Below, in pieces: positions 15,752-23,728 of a stretch of DNA of 38,628 nt (its first letter is position 1; each line of letters starts with the position of its first letter). The notes under the pieces were generated by a model. It saw nothing but the letters and a program-made list of their open reading frames with translations, had not been told where the DNA came from and did not search any database. The stretch is taken from IMG/VR virus record IMGVR_UViG_3300032335_001171, positions 1 to 38,628 of that record; one strand, given 5' to 3'. The stretch comes from a virus. Taxonomy: Duplodnaviria; Caudoviricetes. The position numbers and the translations under genes were made by a program.

Positions 15752-16740
15752 AAATATTGGTAGTTACTGATAATTTAAGAGACCAAGTTAATGGCGTTGT
15801 CACCACATACAAAAACATTGAGGATATTGCTGTTCGTAATGGTGACAGTATTGTTTATCTTGACCCCCGGCAGTTCCGTCATATTGATTGTCCTTTATAT
15901 CCTGAGGTCAAACTTTCCTTTCCTACATTCTTCTATAAAAAGATTAAGAAGATGGGTGCGGATAGGATACACATCGCTACGGAAGGCCCGCTAGGTTTAT
16001 GGGCTAAGTTTTATTGTGATGCTAATAAAATACCATATACAACAGCCTATCACACCAAGTTTCCAGAATTCTTAAACAAACTTATCTGGATTCCTACATT
16101 CATTACATATCGTTATCTTAAATGGTTTCATCGCCATTCAAAAGCTGTTTTAGTTCCATCCAAATCAATGAAATCAGAATTAGAGGCTCGTGGGTTTAAA
16201 AACCTTGTCGTATGGACTCGTGGCGTTTCAAAAGATTTAATTGAAGTCAGACCTAATTCAGAAAAATCACAACCGTTAAAGTTATTATATGTTGGTCGTG
16301 TTTCTAAAGAGAAGAATTTAGATGCTCTATGTAAATTACAAAATGATTATGACATTACCATTGTTGGTGATGGACCAATACTCAATCAATTAAAATCAAA
16401 GTATAAAAAAGTGAATTTTGTTGGATATAAATTTGGTAAAGAATTAGTTGAGTATTATGGCAAAAATGATGTATTTTGTTTTCCTAGCTTGACAGATACA
16501 TTTGGTATTGTTATAATAGAAGCACTATGTAATGGATTACCCGTTGCCGCTTATTATGTTACCGGTCCACAGGACATCGTTGATTATGGTGTCACAGGGT
16601 ATATGGTTCAATCTGGAAATAATCTATCAACGGCTATTGAAATGTGTAAGTCGATAGATAACACCAGAGTTCAATCATTATCAATTGATAGATGGACTTG
16701 GGAAAATTGTTATGAAATATTTTTAAAGGTTATTAAATGA
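15748..16740 (+). CDS. GT4 glycosyltransferase, Agt-like (diacylglycerol glucosyl/glucuronosyltransferase family)
   Basis: MKILVVTD...QVNGVV.T, IHIATEGPLG, YTTAYHTKFPE, W.RGV, YVGRVSKEKNL, FPSLTDTFGIVIIEA...GLPVAAY. Confidence 0.85.
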   Translation: MKILVVTDNLRDQVNGVVTTYKNIEDIAVRNGDSIVYLDPRQFRHIDCPLYPEVKLSFPTFFYKKIKKMGADRIHIATEGPLGLWAKFYCDANKIPYTTAYHTKFPEFLNKLIWIPTFITYRYLKWFHRHSKAVLVPSKSMKSELEARGFKNLVVWTRGVSKDLIEVRPNSEKSQPLKLLYVGRVSKEKNLDALCKLQNDYDITIVGDGPILNQLKSKYKKVNFVGYKFGKELVEYYGKNDVFCFPSLTDTFGIVIIEALCNGLPVAAYYVTGPQDIVDYGVTGYMVQSGNNLSTAIEMCKSIDNTRVQSLSIDRWTWENCYEIFLKVIK

Positions 16741-18746
16741 AGAAAATACTATTGAGTCCTTGGACTGCCATCATTACCTTATTGGTAATTGTGTCGGTTG
16801 TTTTTAGTGGACCAACTTTTGTCGAATCAGTCAAGTTAAGATATTTCGATACCTTAATTACAAAACAAAAAGAAACTGTTAATAATATTTACACAGTCAA
16901 TATTGATGATGCTACAATAGACCGTTATGGTCAATGGCCATTTAAACGAGACCAATATGCAAACCTAATTGCTCAGTTATATGCTCATAATGCTGGTCTT
17001 GTAGTTTGGGATATTATGATGCCTGAAACCGACCGCTTAGGTGGTGATAAGGCACTTGCTGAAACACTCAAAGACCATCCTGTTATTCTTGCTAATGCAC
17101 CAAGTCAAGTAAGTAAAAATAAAGCCAAGAAACCTGGTTCTGCTGTTATTGGTGCCGAGAACATCAAAACACTTCAGAATTATCCTGGTGTAATTGCTAA
17201 TATTCCATTATTAGAAGATGCAGCTGTTGGTGTTGGTATGATTAATACACTTCCAGAAATTGATGGTGTGAATCGCCGTCTTCCATTATTCTTATCATAT
17301 AATAATGAAGTTTATCCATCATTACCATTAGAAGTATTAAGAGTGATGTCTGGTGATTCTACATTCCAAGTTAAGTTAAATCAGAATGGTGTTGAGAAGA
17401 TGCGTATACCATCTTTCAGACCAATTGCTACTGATTCATTGGGACAAATTTGGGTTGACTGGTCACAAAAGGCCAATCAAGTTTCTGCCGTCAATCTACC
17501 AAAAGATTTTAAAAAGGCGATTGTTATTGTAGGCACATCAGCTGCAGGTATTGGTAATCCTGTTGCTACAAGTTTAGGTTCAGTATGGCCTCAAGATATG
17601 CAAGCTGCAGTTATTGGTACATTGGTGAATAATGTCAATATCGAAAGACCAGATTGGGCACCAGGAGCTGAATTACTAACGCTTATTCTTATATCACTTA
17701 TTATTCTATTCTTGAGCCGTTGGGTTTATATTGGGTTAGGTGTAGGAGTGGTTCTATTAGTTTCAATCGTACCGGTGTCAATGTATCTCTTTGATACTTA
17801 CAAAATATTATTTGATGCCATTGTTCCTGTAGCGGGCGGTGTGTTAGTAATGTTACACGCTTATGGTATTAAGTTTGTTTCTGAATTCTTACAGAAACAA
17901 CAAATTAAGAAACAATTTGGAACTTACTTATCTCCAGCTATGGTTGAGAAGTTACAAAAAGATCCATCACTACTTAAACTTGGTGGTGAAACGAGAGAAC
18001 TTTCTATTATGTTCACAGATGTCCGTGGATTTACAACGATATCTGAACATTATGGAAAAGATGTGCAAGGTCTTACTCAAATTATGAATCGTTACATGAC
18101 AGCGATGACTTCCAAAATTATTGAGAATGAAGGCACTTTAGACAAATACATTGGTGATGCTCAGATGGCTTTTTGGAATGCACCACTCGATGATAAAGAC
18201 CATGCGATTAATGCTGTCAAAACAGGACTTGTTATGTTGGAGGATTTAGATGAATTCAATAAAGAAATTGCCAAAGAGAACATCCCAGCTTTTGGTATGG
18301 GCCTTGGTATTAATACCGGCGATGTGGTTGTTGGTAATATGGGTAGCGTTCAGCGTTTTGATTATACCTGCTTGGGAGATTCTGTCAACTTGGCTTCACG
18401 GTTAGAAGGCCAAAGTAAAAACTATGGTGTTCGTATTGTTTTAGGACCAAAAACTGCTGAGTATGTCAAAGATGTTTATCCTGTTGTTGAAATGGATTGT
18501 ATTGCAGTTAAGGGTAAAACAGAAGGTGTAAAGATTTACACCGTGGGTAAAACTGTTGCATATATGCACAATGAATACTTAAAAGAATACTATCGTGGCG
18601 ATTGGAAGAAAGCTATTGATTGGGCTAATAAAATGGTGAATAATGATGATGTCACAATCAAACATTATTATGAATTAATGATTGAAAGAATGGAAGAAGG
18701 CCTCCCGCCAAATTGGGACGGCACATACCGAGCCACTTCCAAGTAA
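16737..18746 (+). CDS. CHASE2-domain membrane-bound class III adenylate cyclase
   Basis: N-terminal TM; CHASE2 motifs (VNIDD.TI..YGQWPF.R, D.DGV.RR.PL); three TM helices; cyclase motifs FTDVRGFT, LDKYIGDAQMAFW, GLGINTG.VVVGNMGS..RFDYTCLGDSVNLASRLEG. Confidence 0.95.
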   Translation: MKKILLSPWTAIITLLVIVSVVFSGPTFVESVKLRYFDTLITKQKETVNNIYTVNIDDATIDRYGQWPFKRDQYANLIAQLYAHNAGLVVWDIMMPETDRLGGDKALAETLKDHPVILANAPSQVSKNKAKKPGSAVIGAENIKTLQNYPGVIANIPLLEDAAVGVGMINTLPEIDGVNRRLPLFLSYNNEVYPSLPLEVLRVMSGDSTFQVKLNQNGVEKMRIPSFRPIATDSLGQIWVDWSQKANQVSAVNLPKDFKKAIVIVGTSAAGIGNPVATSLGSVWPQDMQAAVIGTLVNNVNIERPDWAPGAELLTLILISLIILFLSRWVYIGLGVGVVLLVSIVPVSMYLFDTYKILFDAIVPVAGGVLVMLHAYGIKFVSEFLQKQQIKKQFGTYLSPAMVEKLQKDPSLLKLGGETRELSIMFTDVRGFTTISEHYGKDVQGLTQIMNRYMTAMTSKIIENEGTLDKYIGDAQMAFWNAPLDDKDHAINAVKTGLVMLEDLDEFNKEIAKENIPAFGMGLGINTGDVVVGNMGSVQRFDYTCLGDSVNLASRLEGQSKNYGVRIVLGPKTAEYVKDVYPVVEMDCIAVKGKTEGVKIYTVGKTVAYMHNEYLKEYYRGDWKKAIDWANKMVNNDDVTIKHYYELMIERMEEGLPPNWDGTYRATSK

Positions 18747-19058
18747 TTAACTCTCACCAGCCGAAGCTGATTTGTCATCTTCGTTTTGGTTAATTTTAAT
18801 TTCAGCAGCTACACGCTCTTTCTCAATTGTTTTACCACGAAGGTGTAATACTGTATTTACTTTTTGGTTAAGACGAATCAAATCATTATCAAGCATACGA
18901 ATACGGTCAATCAAACCAATAAGAACAGTATTCGCTTCACTTAAAATTGGTTTGATTTCTTTAGTCACCCAAGTCCATACATAAAAAATCAAATATCCCA
19001 TACCGCCAGCTGCAACGATAGGGAATCCGTATTTGTTTATAAGTGCTACTACATCCAT
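18747..19058 (-). CDS. single-TM plus coiled-coil protein with GFPI motif (YvrJ/holin-like)
   Basis: INKYGFPIVAAGGMGYLIFYVW followed by a heptad-like helix. Confidence 0.7.
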   Translation of the reverse strand: MDVVALINKYGFPIVAAGGMGYLIFYVWTWVTKEIKPILSEANTVLIGLIDRIRMLDNDLIRLNQKVNTVLHLRGKTIEKERVAAEIKINQNEDDKSASAGES

Positions 19059-19345
19059 TATTTTTTCACCTTTTTCTTGTTGTGCTCTTCTAAAACAATT
19101 ATACGAGTATTCAATTCATTACTTAAAGCCGATAATTGTTTATTAAGGTCATCATCGTGGGTATTTAATTTTAATAATTCTTCATCTAAACGAATATTCT
19201 TTTCTGTAAGCACATTGATAGAACTTCTCAATTCAATAATTTCATTTTGTTGTTCAGCATCGGTATCACGGTCATGCAATATAGTGCCTATAGCCCAAAT
19301 GAGAAAACACCCCACAAATACAAGTAAATAATCTTTATATGTCAT
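19058..19345 (-). CDS. membrane-anchored coiled-coil protein
   Basis: N-terminal TM then a long heptad pattern; coupled to the next gene. Confidence 0.65.
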   Translation of the reverse strand: MTYKDYLLVFVGCFLIWAIGTILHDRDTDAEQQNEIIELRSSINVLTEKNIRLDEELLKLNTHDDDLNKQLSALSNELNTRIIVLEEHNKKKVKK

Positions 19346-19346
19346 T

Positions 19347-19715
19347 TTATCCGGCCTGCCTTGTTAAAAAATTTGTTCTTATGCGTTTTGGTGAAAACGA
19401 TTGTTCTATTGTTTGTATAACAGTATTATTATCAAATGGTTTACATGAGAACACATCTATATAAACATCACCCGTAGAATCAATAAAGTGTGCTACAATA
19501 CTACTTGTTACGATAACTTGTATGGCTGTAAATCCTGCTTTATCTGGAAACTCAGCAGCCGTATATTCAATATGAGGTTCACCGATTGGTTCCATATCTA
19601 TTGCACGAACAAGTCCTGTAATCCAATTATAAACATTTTCTTTATTTTGTATGCTAGGCACATGACAAGCATGACAATCTAATATTAAATGATAACCCCA
19701 ATAATTTCCCAACAT
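19347..19715 (-). CDS. speD: pyruvoyl-dependent S-adenosylmethionine decarboxylase-like proenzyme
   Basis: WGYHLILD, G.TA.Q.I.TSSI.AH, VYIDVFSCKPFD; start at ATG 19715 behind GGAG. Confidence 0.8.
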   Translation of the reverse strand: MLGNYWGYHLILDCHACHVPSIQNKENVYNWITGLVRAIDMEPIGEPHIEYTAAEFPDKAGFTAIQVIVTSSIVAHFIDSTGDVYIDVFSCKPFDNNTVIQTIEQSFSPKRIRTNFLTRQAG

Positions 19716-19737
19716 ATTCTCCAATCAATTAATTATT

Positions 19738-20523
19738 TTATGTTTGTGGTTTTTCTGTTCCTTGAACCCAATCGTTAAGATTTTCAGCATAACGAGTAAT
19801 ACTGTGGTTGCTAAAGAAGTTAATTTCTTTGCGTTTTAATCCAACCAAGAAACCACGCCAGACATCTTTAGTAACTTGCCAGTTGGTTGGATTTCTTAAA
19901 TTGCCATAATGGTTCATGTAATACATTCCACCAAAATGACGATACGGCCAAACTGGAACTCGTGCTACAATATCAGCATTATTGACAAAACGGAAGTGTA
20001 ATAGTCCGATTGATTCAATTCCATTAACATACTTATGATTACCAACTTTTGGTGAACCATATGTAAATAATGCTTTTGGATTTGGACAATCTTCGGTTCT
20101 CTGTAATCGATATGATAATAGAGTAGCCATAGCTGCACCTAAAGAATGACCGGTGCACCAGATTGTTCTTGTTTTGCCGTAAGATTTTAATTGCTCTTCT
20201 AATTCGGGCCAAATATTATCAACACTTGTTTTAAAACCTTTATGAACATGACCAATACCAGTTGAACTTGGCACCATTATAGCGTTCAAGTCAGCTTTAA
20301 TATCAGCGAATTCTGTTGGTTGTGTGCCACGGCAAACTACAACCAAATCGTGTTCGTTTTTAAGTAGATACGCTTGTGAACCATTTACATCAAAGAAATG
20401 AGCAAGAAAACCCATTTGTGCAAAAGTTTCTTCTACTTCTTCAATATTTTTATAAGCTAATTCACTTAATTTAGCAAATAAGTGAGCTTGTGCCGGAAAT
20501 GGCAACATTTCTATTTTAGTCAT
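19738..20523 (-). CDS. lipase class 3 family alpha/beta hydrolase
   Basis: VVCRGT, VHKGF, TGHSLGAAMA nucleophile elbow, TYGSPKVG, RFVN..DIV.RVP, C-terminal HSI..Y. Confidence 0.9.
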   Translation of the reverse strand: MTKIEMLPFPAQAHLFAKLSELAYKNIEEVEETFAQMGFLAHFFDVNGSQAYLLKNEHDLVVVCRGTQPTEFADIKADLNAIMVPSSTGIGHVHKGFKTSVDNIWPELEEQLKSYGKTRTIWCTGHSLGAAMATLLSYRLQRTEDCPNPKALFTYGSPKVGNHKYVNGIESIGLLHFRFVNNADIVARVPVWPYRHFGGMYYMNHYGNLRNPTNWQVTKDVWRGFLVGLKRKEINFFSNHSITRYAENLNDWVQGTEKPQT

Positions 20524-20840
20524 ACATCGCCTTTCAATACAGGTATTAAAAATACATTCGCTGGAAATATACTAAAATCTCCACCAGCCCATTGAATTTT
20601 TATATCGTCATTTACATTTGTATAACAACCCGGTAAAATATCACCATCAATTCTGGTTGCCATAGCTAGATATGGATATTCTTTACTAATTTTTTTGTTT
20701 GCACAAGGTTGATTGGTTACCCATATCACAACCTTATCATTATATTGATAGTATAACTTTTTGACAGGTTCAGCCGCTACTGACACGAATCCAAAAAATA
20801 ACAACAATATAGAATAAAATCTAATCCCTGCGAGCATCAT
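20520..20840 (-). CDS. small exported protein with a Cys pair
   Basis: Signal-peptide-like N-terminus; PC...GCY; start uncertain (20840 or 20837). Confidence 0.65.
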   Translation of the reverse strand: MMLAGIRFYSILLLFFGFVSVAAEPVKKLYYQYNDKVVIWVTNQPCANKKISKEYPYLAMATRIDGDILPGCYTNVNDDIKIQWAGGDFSIFPANVFLIPVLKGDV

Positions 20841-21099
20841 TTTTACCATCCGCACGAGCAATACGCTCTACATCGGGCTTTAAACCTAATGCGTTAGAAA
20901 CAACAGTATCAATACGAATAACATCGTGATTCATTGTTCTAACACGATTATCTAAAGCGGTAATAATGCTACTTAACCCCTTGACAGAAGACGTGACTCC
21001 TGCGAGAATAAACTTTAATGTTAGGAATACAAAATAACCACCAGCCATGGCTGAGGCAATTGGAAACCCAACTTCTGCTACTAATTTGAAAAAGTCCAT
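20821..21099 (-). CDS. single-TM plus coiled-coil protein with GFPI motif, paralog of 18747..19058
   Basis: MDFFKLVAEVGFPIASAMAGGYFVF; start ATG 21099 behind TAGGA. Confidence 0.7.
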   Translation of the reverse strand: MDFFKLVAEVGFPIASAMAGGYFVFLTLKFILAGVTSSVKGLSSIITALDNRVRTMNHDVIRIDTVVSNALGLKPDVERIARADGKNDARRD

Positions 21100-21119
21100 A
21101 TTGTATCCTAAAAAAACAC

Positions 21120-21148
21120 TTGACATTCTTATCTATTTATGATAGGAT
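21120..21148. promoter_or_regulatory. overlapping divergent promoters: + strand sigma70-type and - strand late-type
   Basis: TTGACA (21120-21125), 17 nt, TAGGAT (21143-21148) on +; CATAAATA on - at 21134-21141. Confidence 0.6.
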
Positions 21149-21224
21149 AATTGGCAAACTTGGTATTTTAAAATAAAACTTGGATAGATACCATTAAATT
21201 TGTAATATTTTTATGAGGCTGTAA

Positions 21225-22298
21225 ATGGTAAGAACAATTGATTCAAATGTTGTAATGTATGGGCATGAACCTAAATTTGACCGAGAATTATCTAAAATTG
21301 AGTTAATGTCAACACTCAATTGGTATACTCAAAATAAAGATACCAAAGATGCTGTCAAGTATGCCAATGATTACTTCAAAAAGAACCATAAACTTAATGT
21401 AGATTCAGTAATTAAAAATTACTCTACAACCTTTGGTTTTGTCTGCCGTATTTTAAACAATGGAGGCAGTGTCAATGAAAAAGAACTCATCTGGTTTAAT
21501 GAAACTATTGTCAAAATCAAAGAAGATTTGGCAAAACCTAAAGTTGATGTGGTGGTGGATGACAAGCCCGTGCAGCCGAATATACAAGACCGAATCAGAG
21601 AAAAAGCTTCAGAATGTATTGGAGAACTGGAAGGACTCCTAGACGAATACATTTTATCTAAATTCACAAGTAATCCTAAGCCCTATGGTATTATGCACAC
21701 TCTCAATATTAAAGGTGTCCATACCAATCGCATTTTGGAACATTGGAAACGCATCCGTGCTGAATATGATAATGCACTCACAACAGAAGACGAACTCATC
21801 AAGGAAGGTTACTCCAACTTCTCCAAAACAGAGATTAAAAAAATAGTTGGTTTTTGTGATTCAGTTATTACAGATGCTATGAAAGTGGTGAGTGAAGCTA
21901 ACAAGACACGCAAACCACGCCAACGCAAACAAAAATCTCCCGAACAATTAGTATCAAAATTAAAGTACCTAGATAAGCATGAAGAATTGGTATCAGAGAA
22001 TTCAAAAGATATCATTGGTGCATTACAATTATGGGTCTATAATATCAAGAGCCGTAAATTGGGTTGTTATAATGCTGAAGATGCTTCGGGATTATCAGTT
22101 AAAGGTTCTTCAATTATTAGTTTTAACGAATCAAAATCAACACAGAAAAAGTTACGCAAACCTGAAGTCACTTTACCAGAAGTATTAAAAGGTGGTAAAG
22201 TATATTTACGAACCGCACTTGATGATATTAAAGCAGTAGCTTCTACATTAAATGGGCGATTGAATACAGATACAATTCTTTTAAGGATAATTAAATGA
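21225..22298 (+). CDS. conserved T4-like hypothetical protein upstream of rnh
   Basis: 357-aa ORF; LNWY, P.IQDRI, EGYS, IIGA..LWVYN.K.RKL, S.QKKLRKPE, LNGRLN motifs. Confidence 0.8.
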   Translation: MVRTIDSNVVMYGHEPKFDRELSKIELMSTLNWYTQNKDTKDAVKYANDYFKKNHKLNVDSVIKNYSTTFGFVCRILNNGGSVNEKELIWFNETIVKIKEDLAKPKVDVVVDDKPVQPNIQDRIREKASECIGELEGLLDEYILSKFTSNPKPYGIMHTLNIKGVHTNRILEHWKRIRAEYDNALTTEDELIKEGYSNFSKTEIKKIVGFCDSVITDAMKVVSEANKTRKPRQRKQKSPEQLVSKLKYLDKHEELVSENSKDIIGALQLWVYNIKSRKLGCYNAEDASGLSVKGSSIISFNESKSTQKKLRKPEVTLPEVLKGGKVYLRTALDDIKAVASTLNGRLNTDTILLRIIK

Positions 22299-22828
22299 CA
22301 ATATATCTTAATGACAACCGTGATTACACACCAATTATTGAAAGATGGGTGCATGAATTCCGCGAAACACTAGATGATGACCCAGCTAATGGCGATTTAA
22401 TCCCCGGTGATGAATCGGGTGATACGATACCAGGAATCAAAATCATATTTGATGGCTACGGTGAAAATGATGATGGAACAGCTGATATTGATAATGAATC
22501 TTATGCAGTATTCATTCACCAAGATTCGTTAGATTTAACTGAATTTCCACCACACGAACAAACGCCTTGGGCTTTGGTTCATAGGCCGAAAGAAGAAGTT
22601 TGTATTTACTGTTGGTATGATGCTAATACCGGTGAAGTGGATGTTATTCCTTTTGAAGATAACAATAGTACCGAATTAGACCATGATTATATCGCAACTC
22701 TTATTTTTGAACTAGATAAGAAATGGTTTGGTGATAGTGAACGCAATTCAGAAGAACATGATTCAGATGATCCAATTACCAAATTGATAGATGATGATGG
22801 TTGGCCTTTCCCAACATCGGATGATTAA
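22295..22828 (+). CDS. very acidic hypothetical protein
   Basis: ATGA overlap; D/E-rich 177 aa ending DDDGWPFPTSDD. Confidence 0.7.
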   Translation: MTIYLNDNRDYTPIIERWVHEFRETLDDDPANGDLIPGDESGDTIPGIKIIFDGYGENDDGTADIDNESYAVFIHQDSLDLTEFPPHEQTPWALVHRPKEEVCIYCWYDANTGEVDVIPFEDNNSTELDHDYIATLIFELDKKWFGDSERNSEEHDSDDPITKLIDDDGWPFPTSDD

Positions 22829-22861
22829 TTGCCTCACTTTTAGAAAACTTTGTAGTATAAT
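22829..22861 (+). promoter_or_regulatory. promoter with an upstream TTGCCTCA box
   Basis: TTGCCT (22829-22834), 21 nt, TATAAT (22856-22861), then GGTT. Confidence 0.6.
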
Positions 22862-22870
22862 GGTTACACT

Positions 22871-23719
22871 ATGATTATATTTGACTTTAACCAGGTTGCG
22901 ATTAGTAACCTAATGGAACAAATCGGGTCGTCAAAGACACCGGTAGATGAATCATTGGTTCGCCACATGATTCTTAATACAATACGAACTTATGTGAAAA
23001 AGTTTAAAGATACCTATGGACCAGAAGTTATTATTGCCTGCGATAATAAGAAATATTGGCGCCGTGAAGTTTTTCCACATTATAAAGCTGGCCGTAAAAA
23101 AGCTCGTGAATCTTCTGGCCATGATTGGCCAATTATCTTTGATTGCCTAAACAAAATAAGAGATGAATTAAAAAAACACTCACCATACAAAGTGCTTGAT
23201 GTTGATGCTTGTGAAGCTGATGATATTATTGGAGTGTTAGCTGCTAAATTTTCATCTACACAAAAAATTATGATTCTTTCAAGCGATAAAGACTTTGCTC
23301 AATTACAAAGATATCCTAATGTTGAACAATTTTCACCTATCTTAAAAAAAACTATCAAAGAGCCATTACCGTTGGTTCAATTGAAACAACTTATTATTCG
23401 AGGTGATAAGAGTGATGGTATTCCAAATATTCTCACTCAAGATAATGTATTTGTAGATGGCGGCCGTCAGAGACCAATTACCGAAGTGAAGATTATTAAT
23501 TGGTTGAATCAACCACCTAAAGAATTTTGTAATGAAGAAATGTTACGCAACTATGCTCGTAACGAGATGTTGATTGACCTAACAAAAATACCCGAAACTC
23601 TTAAAGAAACAATAATACATAGTTATGAAGAAGTTAAGGGACGCACCAAGCAAGAATTTATGAATTACATGATAGCGAACCGTTTAAAGAACCTACTTGA
23701 GGTTATTGACGAATTTTAA
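22871..23719 (+). CDS. rnh: T4-type RNase H / 5'-3' exonuclease
   Basis: IIFDFNQ, YWRR..FP.YK..RK, EADDII, ILSSDKDF.QL, IRGDKSDGIPNIL. Confidence 0.95.
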   Translation: MIIFDFNQVAISNLMEQIGSSKTPVDESLVRHMILNTIRTYVKKFKDTYGPEVIIACDNKKYWRREVFPHYKAGRKKARESSGHDWPIIFDCLNKIRDELKKHSPYKVLDVDACEADDIIGVLAAKFSSTQKIMILSSDKDFAQLQRYPNVEQFSPILKKTIKEPLPLVQLKQLIIRGDKSDGIPNILTQDNVFVDGGRQRPITEVKIINWLNQPPKEFCNEEMLRNYARNEMLIDLTKIPETLKETIIHSYEEVKGRTKQEFMNYMIANRLKNLLEVIDEF

Positions 23720-23728
23720 GGATGAACA

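Noticed and set aside
10356-18746. Bacterial contamination or misassembly explaining the curli and cyclase genes
   Set aside because: Same AT-rich style and tight overlaps as the flanking phage genes, with T4-type late boxes; read-level confirmation is still advisable.
16737-18746. Pycsar/CBASS-type defence cyclase
   Set aside because: The architecture is CHASE2-TM-class III with ATP-type residues and no adjacent cyclic-nucleotide effector, which fits signalling cyclases.
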